Program-made: the position numbers and the translations under genes
DNA from: Eledone cirrhosa
Taxonomy: Eukaryota
Reading direction: 5' to 3'
Assembly (NCBI GenBank): GCA_964016885.1
Contig: OZ024744.1
Span: forward strand, 27,094,001 to 27,158,000
Length of the DNA stretch: 64,000 bases
Shown here: positions 52,901 through 64,000 of the stretch, piece after piece
Numbering within the stretch: position 1 is the stretch's first letter
Layout: each line of letters starts with the position of its first letter
Notes under the pieces: model-generated
What the model was told of the DNA's origin: nothing
Databases searched by the model: none
What the model saw: the letters and a program-made list of their open reading frames with translations, nothing else

Positions 52901-54199
52901 GTCTCCACTGTTACGGCTAGGCATCTCAGTGCATGTGGTGGTAAGAAGGGAGGTAACCTTAGGGCCAGGGACACCAGAAGTCTCCACTGTTACGGCTAGG
53001 CATCTCACTTCATGTGGTGGTAAGAAGGGAGGTAACCTTAGGGCCAAGGACACCAGAAGTCTCCACTGTTACGGCTAGGCATCTCAATGCATGTGGTGGT
53101 AAGAAGGGAGGTAACCTTAGGGCCAGGGACACCAGAAGTCACCACTGCTACGGCTAGGCATCTCAGTGCATGTGGTGGTAAGAAGGGAGGTAACCTTAGG
53201 GCCAAGGACACAAGAAGTCTCCACTGTTACGGCTAGGCATCTCAGTGCATGTGGTGGTAAGAAGGGAGGTAACCTTAGGGCCAGGGACACCAGAAGACTC
53301 CAATGTTACGGCTAGGCATCTCAGTGCATGTGGTGGTAAGAAGGGAGGTAACCTTAGGGCCAGGGACACCAGAAGTCTCCACTGTTACGGCTAGGCATCT
53401 CACTTCATGTGGTGGTAAGAAGGGAGGTAACCTTAGGGCCAAGGACACCTGAAGTCTCCACTGCTACGGCTAGGCATCTCAGTGCATGTGGTGGTAAGAA
53501 GGAGGTAACCTTAGGGCCAGGGACACCAGGAGTCACCACTGCTACGGCTAGGCATCTCAGTGCATGTGGTGGTAAGAAGGGAGGTAACCTTAGGGCCAGG
53601 TACACCAGAAGACTCCACTGTTACGGCTAGGAATCTCAGTTCATGTGGTGGTAAGAGGGAGGTAACCTTAGGGCCAGTGACACCAGAAGTCTCCACTGTT
53701 ACGGCTAGGCATCTCAGTGCATGTGGTGGTAAGAGGGGGGTAACCTTAGGGCCAGGGACACCAGAAGTCTCCACTGTTACGGCTAGGCATCTCAGTGCAT
53801 GTGGTGGTAAGAAGGGAGGTAATCTTAGGCCAAGGACACCAGAAGTCACCACTGCTACGGCTAGGCATCTCAGTGCATGTGGTGGTAAGGAGGGAGATAA
53901 CCTTAGGGCCATGGACACCAGAAGTCTCCACTGTTACGGCTAGGCATCTCAGTGCATGTGGTGGTAAGAAGGGAGGTAACCTTAAGGCCATGGACACCAG
54001 AAGTCTCCACTGTTACGGCTAGGCATGTCAGTGCATGTGGTGGTAAGGAGGGAGATAACCTTAGGGCCAAGGACACCAGAAGTCTCCACTGTTACGGCTA
54101 GGCATCTCAGTGCATGTGGTGGTAAGAAGGGAGGTAACCTTAGGGCCATGGACACCAGAAGTCTCCACTGTTACGGCTAGGCATCTCAGTGCATGTGGT

Positions 54200-55300
54200 G
54201 GTAAGAAGGGAGGTAACCTTAGGGACAGGGACACCAGAAGTCTCCACTGTTACGGCTAGGCATCTCACTTCATGTGGTGGTAAGAAGGGAGGTAACCTTA
54301 GGGCCAAGGACACCAGAAGTCTCCACTGTTACGGCGAGGCATCTCAGTGCATGTGGTGGTAAGAAGGGACGTAACCTTAGGGCCAGGGACACCAGAAGTC
54401 ACCACTGCTACGGCTAGGCATCTCAGTGCATGTGGTGGTAAGAAGGGAGGTAACCTTAGGGCCAGGTACACCAGAAGACTCCACTGTTACGGCTAGGAAT
54501 CTCAGTGCATGTGGTGGTAAGAGGCAGGTAACCTTAGGGCCAGGGACACCAGAAGTCTCCACTGGTACGGCTAGGCATCTCAGTGCATGTGGTGGTAAGA
54601 GGGAGGTAACCTTAGGGCCAGGGACACCAGAAGTCTCCACTGTTACGTCTAGGCATCTCAGTGCATGTGGTGGTAAGAAGGGAGGTAACCTTAGGCCAAG
54701 GACACCAGAAGTCACCACTGCTACGGCTAGGCATCTCAGTGCATGTGGTGGTAAGAAGGGAGGTAACCTTAGGGACAGGGACACCAGAAGTCTCCACTGT
54801 TACGGCTAGGCATCTCACTTCATGTGGTGGTAAGAAGGGAGGTAACCTTAGGGCCAAGGACACCAGAAGTCTCCACTGTTACGGCTAGGCATCTCAGTGC
54901 ATGTGGTGGTAAGAAGGGACGTAACCTTAGGGCCAGGGACACCAGAAGTCACCACTGCTACGGCTAGGCATCTCAGTGCATGTGGTGGTAAGAAGGGAGG
55001 TAAACTTAGGGCCAGGTACACCAGAAGACTCCACTGTTACGGCTAGGAATCTCAGTGCATGTGGTGGTAAGAGGCAGGTAACCTTAGGGCCAGGGACACC
55101 AGAAGTCTCCACTGGTACGGCTAGGCATCTCAGTGCATGTGGTGGTAAGAGGGAGGTAACCTTAGGGCCAGGGACACCAGAAGTCTCCACTGTTACGTCT
55201 AGGCATCTCAGTGCATGTGGTGGTAAGAAGGGAGGTAACCTTAGGCCAAGGAGACCAGAAGTCACCACTGCTACGGCTAGGCATCTCAGTGCATCTGGTG
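54200..55300 (+). repeat. Local 7-monomer tandem duplication (period 550 bp); repeated again at ~61910-63010
   Basis: AGGGACAGGG at 54221/54771, plus GGGACGTAAC, AGAGGCAGG, ACTGGTACG and TACGTCTAGG each recurring at +550. ORF offsets 54377/54927 and 62088/62638. Confidence 0.85.
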
Positions 55301-56974
55301 GTAAGAAGGGAGGTAACCTTAGGGCCAAGGACACCAGAAGTCTCAAATGTTACGGCTAGACATGTCAGTGCATGTGGTGGTAAGGAGGGAGATAACCTTA
55401 GGGCCAAGGACACCAGAAGTCTCCACTGTTACGGCTAGGCATCTCAGTGCATGTGGTGGTAAGGAGGGAGAAAACCTTAGGGCCAAGGACACCAGAAGTC
55501 TCCACTGTTACGGCTAGGCATGTCAGTGCATGTGGTGGTAAGAAGGGAGGTAACCTTAGGGCCAGGGACAGCAGAAGCCTCCACTGCTACGGCTAGGCAT
55601 ATCAGTGCATGTGGTGGTAAGAAGGGAGGTAACCTTAGGGCCAAGGACACCAGAAGTCTCGACTGCTACGGCTAGGCATCTCAGTGCATGTGGTGGTAAG
55701 AAGGGAGGTAACCTTAGGGCCAAGGACACCAGAAGTCTCCACTGCTACGGCTAGGCATCTCAGTGCATGTGGTGGTAAGAAGGGAGGTAACCTTAGGGCT
55801 AGGGACACCAGAAGTCACCACTGCTACGGCTAGGCATCTCAGTGCATGTGGTGGTAAGAAGGGAGGTAACCTTAGGGCCAGGGACACCAGAAGTCTCCAC
55901 TGTTACGGCTAGGCATCTCACTTCATGTGGTGGTAAGAAGGGAGGTAACCTTAGGGCCAAGGACACCAGAAGTCTCCACTGCTACGGCTAGGCATCTCAG
56001 TGCATGTGGTGGTAAGAAGGGAGGTAACCTTAGCGCTAGGGACACCAGAAGTCACCACTGCTACGGCTAGGCATCTCAGTGCATGTGGTGGTAAGAAGGG
56101 AGGTAACCTTAGGGCCAGGTACACCAGAAGACTCCACTGTTACGGCTAGGAATCTCAGTGCATGTGGTGGTAAGAGGGAGGTAACCTTAGGGCCAGGGAC
56201 ACCAGAAGTCTCCACTGTTACGGCTAGGAATCTCAGTGCATGTGGTGGTAAGAGGGAGGTAACCTTAGGGCCAGGGACACCAGAAGTCTCCACTGTTACG
56301 GCTAGGCATCTCAGTGCATGTGGTGGTAAGAAGGGAGGTAACCATAGGCCAAGAACACCAGAAGTCACCACTGCTACGGCTAGGCATCTCAGTGCATCTG
56401 GTGGTAAGAAGGGAGGTAACCTTAGGGCCAAGGACACCAGAAGTCTCCACTGTTACGGCTAGGCATGTCAGTGCATGTGGTGGTAAGGAGGGAGATAACC
56501 TTAGGGCCAAGGACACCAGAAGTCTCCACTGTTACGGCTAGGCATCTCAGTGCATGTGGTGGTAAGAAGGGAGGTAACCTTAGGGCCAGGGACACCAGAT
56601 GTCTCCACTGTTACGGCTAGGCATCTCAGTGCATGTGGTGGTAAGGAGGGAGATAACCTTAGGGCCAAGGACACCAGAAGTCTCCACTGTTACCGCTAGG
56701 CATCTCAGTGCATGTGGTGGTAAGAAGGGAGGTAACCTTAGGGCCAGGGACACCAGAAGTCTCCACTGCTACGGCTAGGCATCTCAGTGCATGTGGTGGT
56801 AAGAAGGAAGTAACCTTAGGGCCAGGGACACCAGAAGTCTCCACTGCTACGGCTAGGCATCTCAGTGCATGTGGTGGTAAGAAGGGAGGTAACCTTAGGT
56901 CCAGGGACACCAGAAGTCTCCACTGCTACGGCTAGGCATCCCAGTTCATATGGTGGTAAGAATGGAGGTAACCT

Positions 56975-57760
56975 TAGGGCCAGGTACACCAGAAGACTCC
57001 ACTGTTACGGCTAGGAATCTCAGTGCATGTGGTGGTAAGAAGGGAGGTAACCTTAGGGCCAGGGACACCAGAAGTCACCACTGCTACGGCTAGGCATCTC
57101 AGTGCATGTGGTGGTAAGAAGGGAGGTAACCTTAGGGCCAGGTACACCAGAAGACTCCACTGTTACGGCTAGGAATCTCAGTGCATGTGGTGGTAAGAGG
57201 GAGGTAACCTTAGGGCCAGGGACACCAGAAGTCTCCACTGTTCCGGCTAGGCATCTCAGTGCATGTGGTGGTAAGAGGGAGGTAACCTTAGGGCCAGGGA
57301 CACCAGAAGTCTCCACTGTTACGGCTAGGCATCTCAGTGCATGTGGTGGTAAGAAGGGAGGTAACCTTAGGGCCAGGTACACCAGAAGACTCCACTGTTA
57401 CGGCTAGGAATCTCAGTGCATGTGGTGGTAAGAAGGGAGGTAACCTTAGGGCCAGGGACACCAGAAGTCACCACTGCTACGGCTAGGCATCTCAGTGCAT
57501 GTGGTGGTAAGAAGGGAGGTAACCTTAGGGCCAGGTACACCAGAAGACTCCACTGTTACGGCTACGAATCTCAGTGCATGTGGTGGTAAGAGGGAGGTAA
57601 CCTTAGGGCCAGGGACACCAGAAGTCTCCACTGTTACGGCTAGGCATCTCAGTGCATGTGGTGGTAAGAGGGAGGTAACCTTAGGGCCAGGGACACCAGA
57701 AGTCTCCACTGTTACGGCTAGGCATCTCAGTGCATGTGGTGGTAAGAAGGGAGGTAACCT
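56975..57760 (+). repeat. Local 5-monomer tandem duplication (period 393 bp)
   Basis: The GGTACACC/GGAATCTC monomer series at ~56985 and ~57378, and ORF offset 57053/57446. Confidence 0.7.
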
Positions 57761-60700
57761 TAGGCCAAGGACACCAGAAGTCACTACTGCTACGGCTAGG
57801 CATCTCAGTGCATCTGGTGGTAAGAAGGGAGGTAACCTTAGGGCCAAGGACACCAGAAGTCTACACTGTTACGGCTAGGCATATCAGTGCATGTGGTGGT
57901 AAGACGGGAGGTAACCTTAGGGCCAGGGACACCAGAAGACTCCACTGTTATGGCTAGGCATCTCAGTGCATGTGGTGGTAAGAAGGGAGGTAACCATAGG
58001 GCCAGGGACACCAGAAGTCTCCACTGTTACGGCTAGGCATCTCACTTCATATGGTGGTAAGAAGGGAGGTAACCTTAGGGCCAAGGACACCAGAAGTCTC
58101 CACTGCTACGGCTAGGCATCTCAGTGCATGTGGTGGTAAGAAGGGAGGTAATCTTAGGGCCAGGGACACCAGAAGTCACCACTGCTACGGCTAGGCATCT
58201 CAGTGCATGTGGTGGTAAGAAGGGAGGTAACCTTAGGGCCAGGTACACCAGAAGACTCCACTGTTACGGCTAGGAATCTCAGTGCATGTGGTGGTAAGAG
58301 GGAGGTAACCTTAGGGCCAGGGACACCAGAAGTCTCCACTGTTACGGCTAGGCATCTCAGTGCATGTGGTGGTAAGAGGGGGGTAACCTTAGGGCCAGGG
58401 AAACCAGAAGTCTCCACTGTTACGGCTAGGCATCTCAGTGCATGTGGTGGTAAGAAGGGAGGTAACCTTAGGGCCAGGGACACCAGAAGTCACCACTGTT
58501 ACGGCTAGGCATCTCAGTGCATGTGGTGGTAAGAAGGGAGGTAACCTTAGGGCCAGGGACACCAGAAGTCTCCACTGTTACGGCTAGGCATCTCACTTCA
58601 TGTGGTAGTAAGAAGGGAGGTAACCTTAGGGCCAAGGACACCTGAAGTCTCCACTGCTACGGCTAGGCATCTCAGTGCATGTGGTGGTAAGAAGGGAGGT
58701 AACCTTAGGGCCAGGTACACCAGAAGACTCCACTGTTACGGCTAGGAATCTCAGTGCATGTGGTGGTAAGAAGGAGGTAACCTTAGGGCCAGGGACACCA
58801 GAAGTCTCCACTGTTACGGCTAGGCATCTCCGTGCATGTGGTGGTAAGAGGGAGGTAACCTTAGGGCCAGGGACACCAGAAGTCTCCACTGCTACGGCTA
58901 GGCATCTCAGTGCATGTGGTGGTAAGAAGGAAGTAACCTTAGGGCCAGGGACACCAGAAGTCTCCACTGCTACGGCTAGGCATCTCAGTGCATGTGGTGG
59001 TAAGAAGGGAGGTAACCTTAGGTCCAGGGACACCAGAAGTCTCCACTGCTACGGCTAGGCATCTCAGTTCATATGGTGGTAAGAAGGGAGGTAACCTTAG
59101 GGCCAAGGACACCAGAAATCTCCACTGCTACGTCTAGGCATCTCAGTGCATGTGGTGGTAAGAAGGGAGGTAACCTTAGGGCCAGGGACACCAGAAGTCA
59201 CCACTGCTACGGCTAGGCATCTCAGTGCATGTGGTGGTAAGAAGGGAGGTAACCTGAGGGCCAGGTACACCAGAAGATCCACTGTTACGGCTAGGAATCT
59301 CAGTGCATGTGGTGGTAAGAGGGAGGTAACCTTAGGGCCAGGGACACCAGAAGTCTCCACTGTTACGGCTAGGCATCTCAGTGCATGTGGTGGTAAGAAG
59401 GGAGGTAACCTTAGGCCAAGGACACCAGAAGTCACCACTGCTACGGCTAGGCATCTCAGTGCATCTGGTGGTAAGAAGGGAGGTAACCTTAGGGCCAAGG
59501 ACACCAGAAGTCTACACTGTTACGGCTAGACATGTCAGTGCATGTGGTGGTAAGGAGGGAGATAACCTTAGGGCCAAGGACACCCGAAGTCTCCACTGTT
59601 ACGGCTAGGCATGTCAGTGCATGTGGTGGTAAGAAGGGAGGTAACCTTAGGGCCAGGGACACCAGAAGTCTCCACTGCTACGGCTAGGCTTCTCAGTGCA
59701 TATGGTGGTAAGAAGGAAGTAACCTTAGGGCCAGGGACACCAGAAGTCTCCACTGCTACGGCTAGGCATCTCAGTGAATGTGGTGGTAAGAAGGGAGGTA
59801 ACCTTAGGGCCAAGGACACCAGAAGTCTCCACTGTTACGGCTAGGCATCTCAGTGCATGTGGTGGTAAGAAGGGAGGTAACCTTAGGGCCAGGGACACCA
59901 GAAGTCTACACTGTTACGGCTAGGCATATCAGTGCATGTGGTGGTAAGAAGGGAGGTAACCTTAGGGCCAGGGACACCAGAAGACTCCTCTGTTACGGCT
60001 AGGCATCTCAGTGCATGTGGTGGTAAGAAGGGAGGTAACCTTAGGGCCAGGGACACCAGAAGTCTCCACTGTTACGGCTAGGCATCTCACTTCATGTGGT
60101 GGTAAGAAGGGAGGTAACCTTAGGGCTAAGGACACCTGAAGTCTCCACTGCTACGGCTAGGCATCTCAGTGCATGTGGTGGTAAGAAGGGAGGTAACCTT
60201 AGGGCCAGGTACACCAGAAGACTCCACTGTTACGGCTACGAATCTCAGTGCATGTGGTGGTAAGAAGGAGGTAACCTTAGGGCCAGGGACACCAGAAGTC
60301 TCCACTGTTACGGCTAGGCATCTCAGTGCATGTGGTGGTAAGAGGGAGGTAACCTTAGGGCCAGGGACACCAGAAGTCTCCACTGTTACGGCTAGGCATC
60401 TCAGTGCATGTGGTGCTAAGAAGGGAGGTAATCTTAGGCCAAGGACACCAGAAGTCACCACTGCTACGGCTCGGCATCTCAGTGCATGTGGTGGTAAGGA
60501 GGGAGATAACCTTAGGGCCAAGGACACCAGAAGTCTCCACTGTTACGGCTAGGCATCTCAGTGCATGTGGTGGTAAGAAGGGAGGTAACCTTAGGGCCAT
60601 GGACACCAGAAGTCTCCACTGTTACGGCTAGGCATCTCAGTGCATGTGGTGGTAAGAAGGGAGGTAACCTTAGGGCCAGGGACACCAGAAGTCTCCACTG

Positions 60701-63700
60701 TTACGGCTAGGCATCTCACTTCATGTGGTGGTAAGAAGGGAGGTAACCTTAGGGCCAAGGACACCAGAAGTCTCCACTGTTACGGCTAGGCATCTCAATG
60801 CATGTGGTGGTAAGAAGGGAGGTAACCTTAGGGCCAGGGACACCAGAAGTCACCACTGCTACGGCTAGGCATCTCAGTGCATGTGGTGGTAAGAAGGGAG
60901 GTAACCTTAGGGCCAAGGACACAAGAAGTCTCCACTGTTACGGCTAGGCATCTCAGTGCATGTGGTGGTAAGAAGGGAGGTAACCTTAGGGCCAGGGACA
61001 CCAGAAGACTCCAATGTTACGGCTAGGCATCTCAGTGCATGTGGTGGTAAGAAGGGAGGTAACCTTAGGGCCAGGGACACCAGAAGTCTCCACTGTTACG
61101 GCTAGGCATCTCACTTCATGTGGTGGTAAGAAGGGAGGTAACCTTAGGGCCAAGGACACCTGAAGTCTCCACTGCTACGGCTAGGCATCTCAGTGCATGT
61201 GGTGGTAAGAAGGAGGTAACCTTAGGGCCAGGGACACCAGGAGTCACCACTGCTACGGCTAGGCATCTCAGTGCATGTGGTGGTAAGAAGGGAGGTAACC
61301 TTAGGGCCAGGTACACCAGAAGACTCCACTGTTACGGCTAGGAATCTCAGTTCATGTGGTGGTAAGAGGGAGGTAACCTTAGGGCCAGGGACACCAGAAG
61401 TCTCCACTGTTACGGCTAGGCATCTCAGTGCATGTGGTGGTAAGAGGGGGGTAACCTTAGGGCCAGGGACACCAGAAGTCTCCACTGTTACGGCTAGGCA
61501 TCTCAGTGCATGTGGTGGTAAGAAGGGAGGTAATCTTAGGCCAAGGACACCAGAAGTCACCACTGCTACGGCTAGGCATCTCAGTGCATGTGGTGGTAAG
61601 GAGGGAGATAACCTTAGGGCCATGGACACCAGAAGTCTCCACTGTTACGGCTAGGCATCTCAGTGCATGTGGTGGTAAGAAGGGAGGTAACCTTAAGGCC
61701 ATGGACACCAGAAGTCTCCACTGTTACGGCTAGGCATGTCAGTGCATGTGGTGGTAAGGAGGGAGATAACCTTAGGGCCAAGGACACCAGAAGTCTCCAC
61801 TGTTACGGCTAGGCATCTCAGTGCATGTGGTGGTAAGAAGGGAGGTAACCTTAGGGCCATGGACACCAGAAGTCTCCACTGTTACGGCTAGGCATCTCAG
61901 TGCATGTGGTGGTAAGAAGGGAGGTAACCTTAGGGACAGGGACACCAGAAGTCTCCACTGTTACGGCTAGGCATCTCACTTCATGTGGTGGTAAGAAGGG
62001 AGGTAACCTTAGGGCCAAGGACACCAGAAGTCTCCACTGTTACGGCGAGGCATCTCAGTGCATGTGGTGGTAAGAAGGGACGTAACCTTAGGGCCAGGGA
62101 CACCAGAAGTCACCACTGCTACGGCTAGGCATCTCAGTGCATGTGGTGGTAAGAAGGGAGGTAACCTTAGGGCCAGGTACACCAGAAGACTCCACTGTTA
62201 CGGCTAGGAATCTCAGTGCATGTGGTGGTAAGAGGCAGGTAACCTTAGGGCCAGGGACACCAGAAGTCTCCACTGGTACGGCTAGGCATCTCAGTGCATG
62301 TGGTGGTAAGAGGGAGGTAACCTTAGGGCCAGGGACACCAGAAGTCTCCACTGTTACGTCTAGGCATCTCAGTGCATGTGGTGGTAAGAAGGGAGGTAAC
62401 CTTAGGCCAAGGACACCAGAAGTCACCACTGCTACGGCTAGGCATCTCAGTGCATGTGGTGGTAAGAAGGGAGGTAACCTTAGGGACAGGGACACCAGAA
62501 GTCTCCACTGTTACGGCTAGGCATCTCACTTCATGTGGTGGTAAGAAGGGAGGTAACCTTAGGGCCAAGGACACCAGAAGTCTCCACTGTTACGGCTAGG
62601 CATCTCAGTGCATGTGGTGGTAAGAAGGGACGTAACCTTAGGGCCAGGGACACCAGAAGTCACCACTGCTACGGCTAGGCATCTCAGTGCATGTGGTGGT
62701 AAGAAGGGAGGTAACCTTAGGGCCAGGTACACCAGAAGACTCCACTGTTACGGCTAGGAATCTCAGTGCATGTGGTGGTAAGAGGCAGGTAACCTTAGGG
62801 CCAGGGACACCAGAAGTCTCCACTGGTACGGCTAGGCATCTCAGTGCATGTGGTGGTAAGAGGGAGGTAACCTTAGGGCCAGGGACACCAGAAGTCTCCA
62901 CTGTTACGTCTAGGCATCTCAGTGCATGTGGTGGTAAGAAGGGAGGTAACCTTAGGCCAAGGAGACCAGAAGTCACCACTGCTACGGCTAGGCATCTCAG
63001 TGCATCTGGTGGTAAGAAGGGAGGTAACCTTAGGGCCAAGGACACCAGAAGTCTCAAATGTTACGGCTAGACATGTCAGTGCATGTGGTGGTAAGGAGGG
63101 AGATAACCTTAGGGCCAAGGACACCAGAAGTCTCCACTGTTACGGCTAGGCATCTCAGTGCATGTGGTGGTAAGGAGGGAGAAAACCTTAGGGCCAAGGA
63201 CACCAGAAGTCTCCACTGTTACGGCTAGGCATGTCAGTGCATGTGGTGGTAAGAAGGGAGGTAACCTTAGGGCCAGGGACAGCAGAAGCCTCCACTGCTA
63301 CGGCTAGGCATATCAGTGCATGTGGTGGTAAGAAGGGAGGTAACCTTAGGGCCAAGGACACCAGAAGTCTCGACTGCTACGGCTAGGCATCTCAGTGCAT
63401 GTGGTGGTAAGAAGGGAGGTAACCTTAGGGCCAAGGACACCAGAAGTCTCCACTGCTACGGCTAGGCATCTCAGTGCATGTGGTGGTAAGAAGGGAGGTA
63501 ACCTTAGGGCTAGGGACACCAGAAGTCACCACTGCTACGGCTAGGCATCTCAGTGCATGTGGTGGTAAGAAGGGAGGTAACCTTAGGGCCAGGGACACCA
63601 GAAGTCTCCACTGTTACGGCTAGGCATCTCACTTCATGTGGTGGTAAGAAGGGAGGTAACCTTAGGGCCAAGGACACCAGAAGTCTCCACTGCTACGGCT

Positions 63701-64000
63701 AGGCATCTCAGTGCATGTGGTGGTAAGAAGGGAGGTAACCTTAGCGCTAGGGACACCAGAAGTCACCACTGCTACGGCTAGGCATCTCAGTGCATGTGGT
63801 GGTAAGAAGGGAGGTAACCTTAGGGCCAGGTACACCAGAAGACTCCACTGTTACGGCTAGGAATCTCAGTGCATGTGGTGGTAAGAGGGAGGTAACCTTA
63901 GGGCCAGGGACACCAGAAGTCTCCACTGTTACGGCTAGGAATCTCAGTGCATGTGGTGGTAAGAGGGAGGTAACCTTAGGGCCAGGGACACCAGAAGTCT

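Larger units (their letters stand above)
1..64000 (+). repeat. Tandem satellite DNA array, 79-bp monomer (with 78-bp and rare 80-bp variants), ~810 copies, running off both window ends
   Basis: The motif CTTAGGGCCARGGACACCAGAAGTCTCCACTGYTACGGCTAGGCATCTCAGTGCATGTGGTGGTAAGAAGGGAGGTAAC recurs every 78-80 bp from the first base to the last, always in the same orientation, mostly with a few differences per monomer. I saw no unique sequence. Confidence 0.99.
50724..64000 (+). repeat. Tandem higher-order duplication, period 7711 bp (~98 monomers): 50724-58434 and 58435 to the window end (second copy truncated)
   Basis: Constant ORF offsets 50915/58626, 51386/59097, 52415/60126, 53405/61116, 54377/62088, 54927/62638. 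Shared private variants include AGAAGATCC, GGCTTCTC, GGTGCTAAG and TCTCGACT. Confidence 0.93.

Noticed and set aside
394-63149. About 230 short ORFs on both strands (MHVVVRREVTLGPGTPEVSTVTARHLSACGGK..., MSLALRLPPFLPPHALRCLAV...)
   Set aside because: They are translations of the satellite. Pure 79-bp runs shift frame each monomer and stop after ~49 codons; ORFs pass the length cutoff mainly where 78-bp monomers add 26-aa units. They overlap on both strands, mostly use GTG/TTG/CTG starts, and show no recognisable domain. The ORF-free gaps (e.g. 2600-3900, 15020-17580) simply lack 78-bp monomers.
1-64000. CRISPR array
   Set aside because: There are no unique spacers: the whole 79-bp unit repeats. 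No leader or cas genes are present.
1-64000. Telomere or interstitial telomeric tract
   Set aside because: TTAGGG occurs only once per monomer and never in tandem. Reading TAACC|TTAGG as a telomere-fusion relic rests on too short a match, and the orientation is opposite to a head-to-head fusion.
1-64000. CENP-B box, or identity with the Mus caroli 79-bp centromeric satellite
   Set aside because: The CENP-B box core (TTCG....A..CGGG) is absent from both strands of the consensus. Monomer length alone does not support a family assignment.
1-64000. Mucin-like coding VNTR exon (Thr/Pro/Ser-rich TPEVSTVT repeats)
   Set aside because: The dominant unit of 79 bp is not a multiple of 3, and the longest ORF is only 151 aa.
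1-64000. tRNA- or SINE-derived tandem gene array (unit is tRNA-sized)
   Set aside because: I found no convincing cloverleaf, no B-box (GTTCRA) and no Pol III T-run terminator in the consensus on either strand.
1-64000. Hidden inversion, transposon insertion or unique island
   Set aside because: Reading through the window I found no strand switch or non-satellite segment, and monomer phase is kept throughout.

Overview
The whole 64-kb window is one uninterrupted, head-to-tail, single-orientation tandem satellite array of about 810 copies of a 79-bp monomer. The consensus is CTTAGGGCCA[G/A]GGACACCAGAAGTCTCCACTG[T/C]TACGGCTAGGCATCTCAGTGCATGTGGTGGTAAGAAGGGAGGTAAC (about 54% GC, G-rich + strand, one TTAGGG and one CpG per monomer). 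I see no credible gene, RNA gene, transposon or CRISPR array. The ORF track is a by-product of frame-preserving 78-bp deletion monomers. The informative structure is a nested hierarchy of higher-order repeats: an internal sub-repeat within the monomer, an old 10-14-mer variant cassette, 3-11-mer local duplications, a diverged ~49-mer (3.86 kb) unit, and four recent near-identical duplications of 5834, 8275, 7014 and 7711 bp whose relative order can partly be read from shared variants. The sequence looks like eukaryotic centromeric, pericentromeric or subtelomeric heterochromatin. I cannot assign a species or a named satellite family from the sequence alone.
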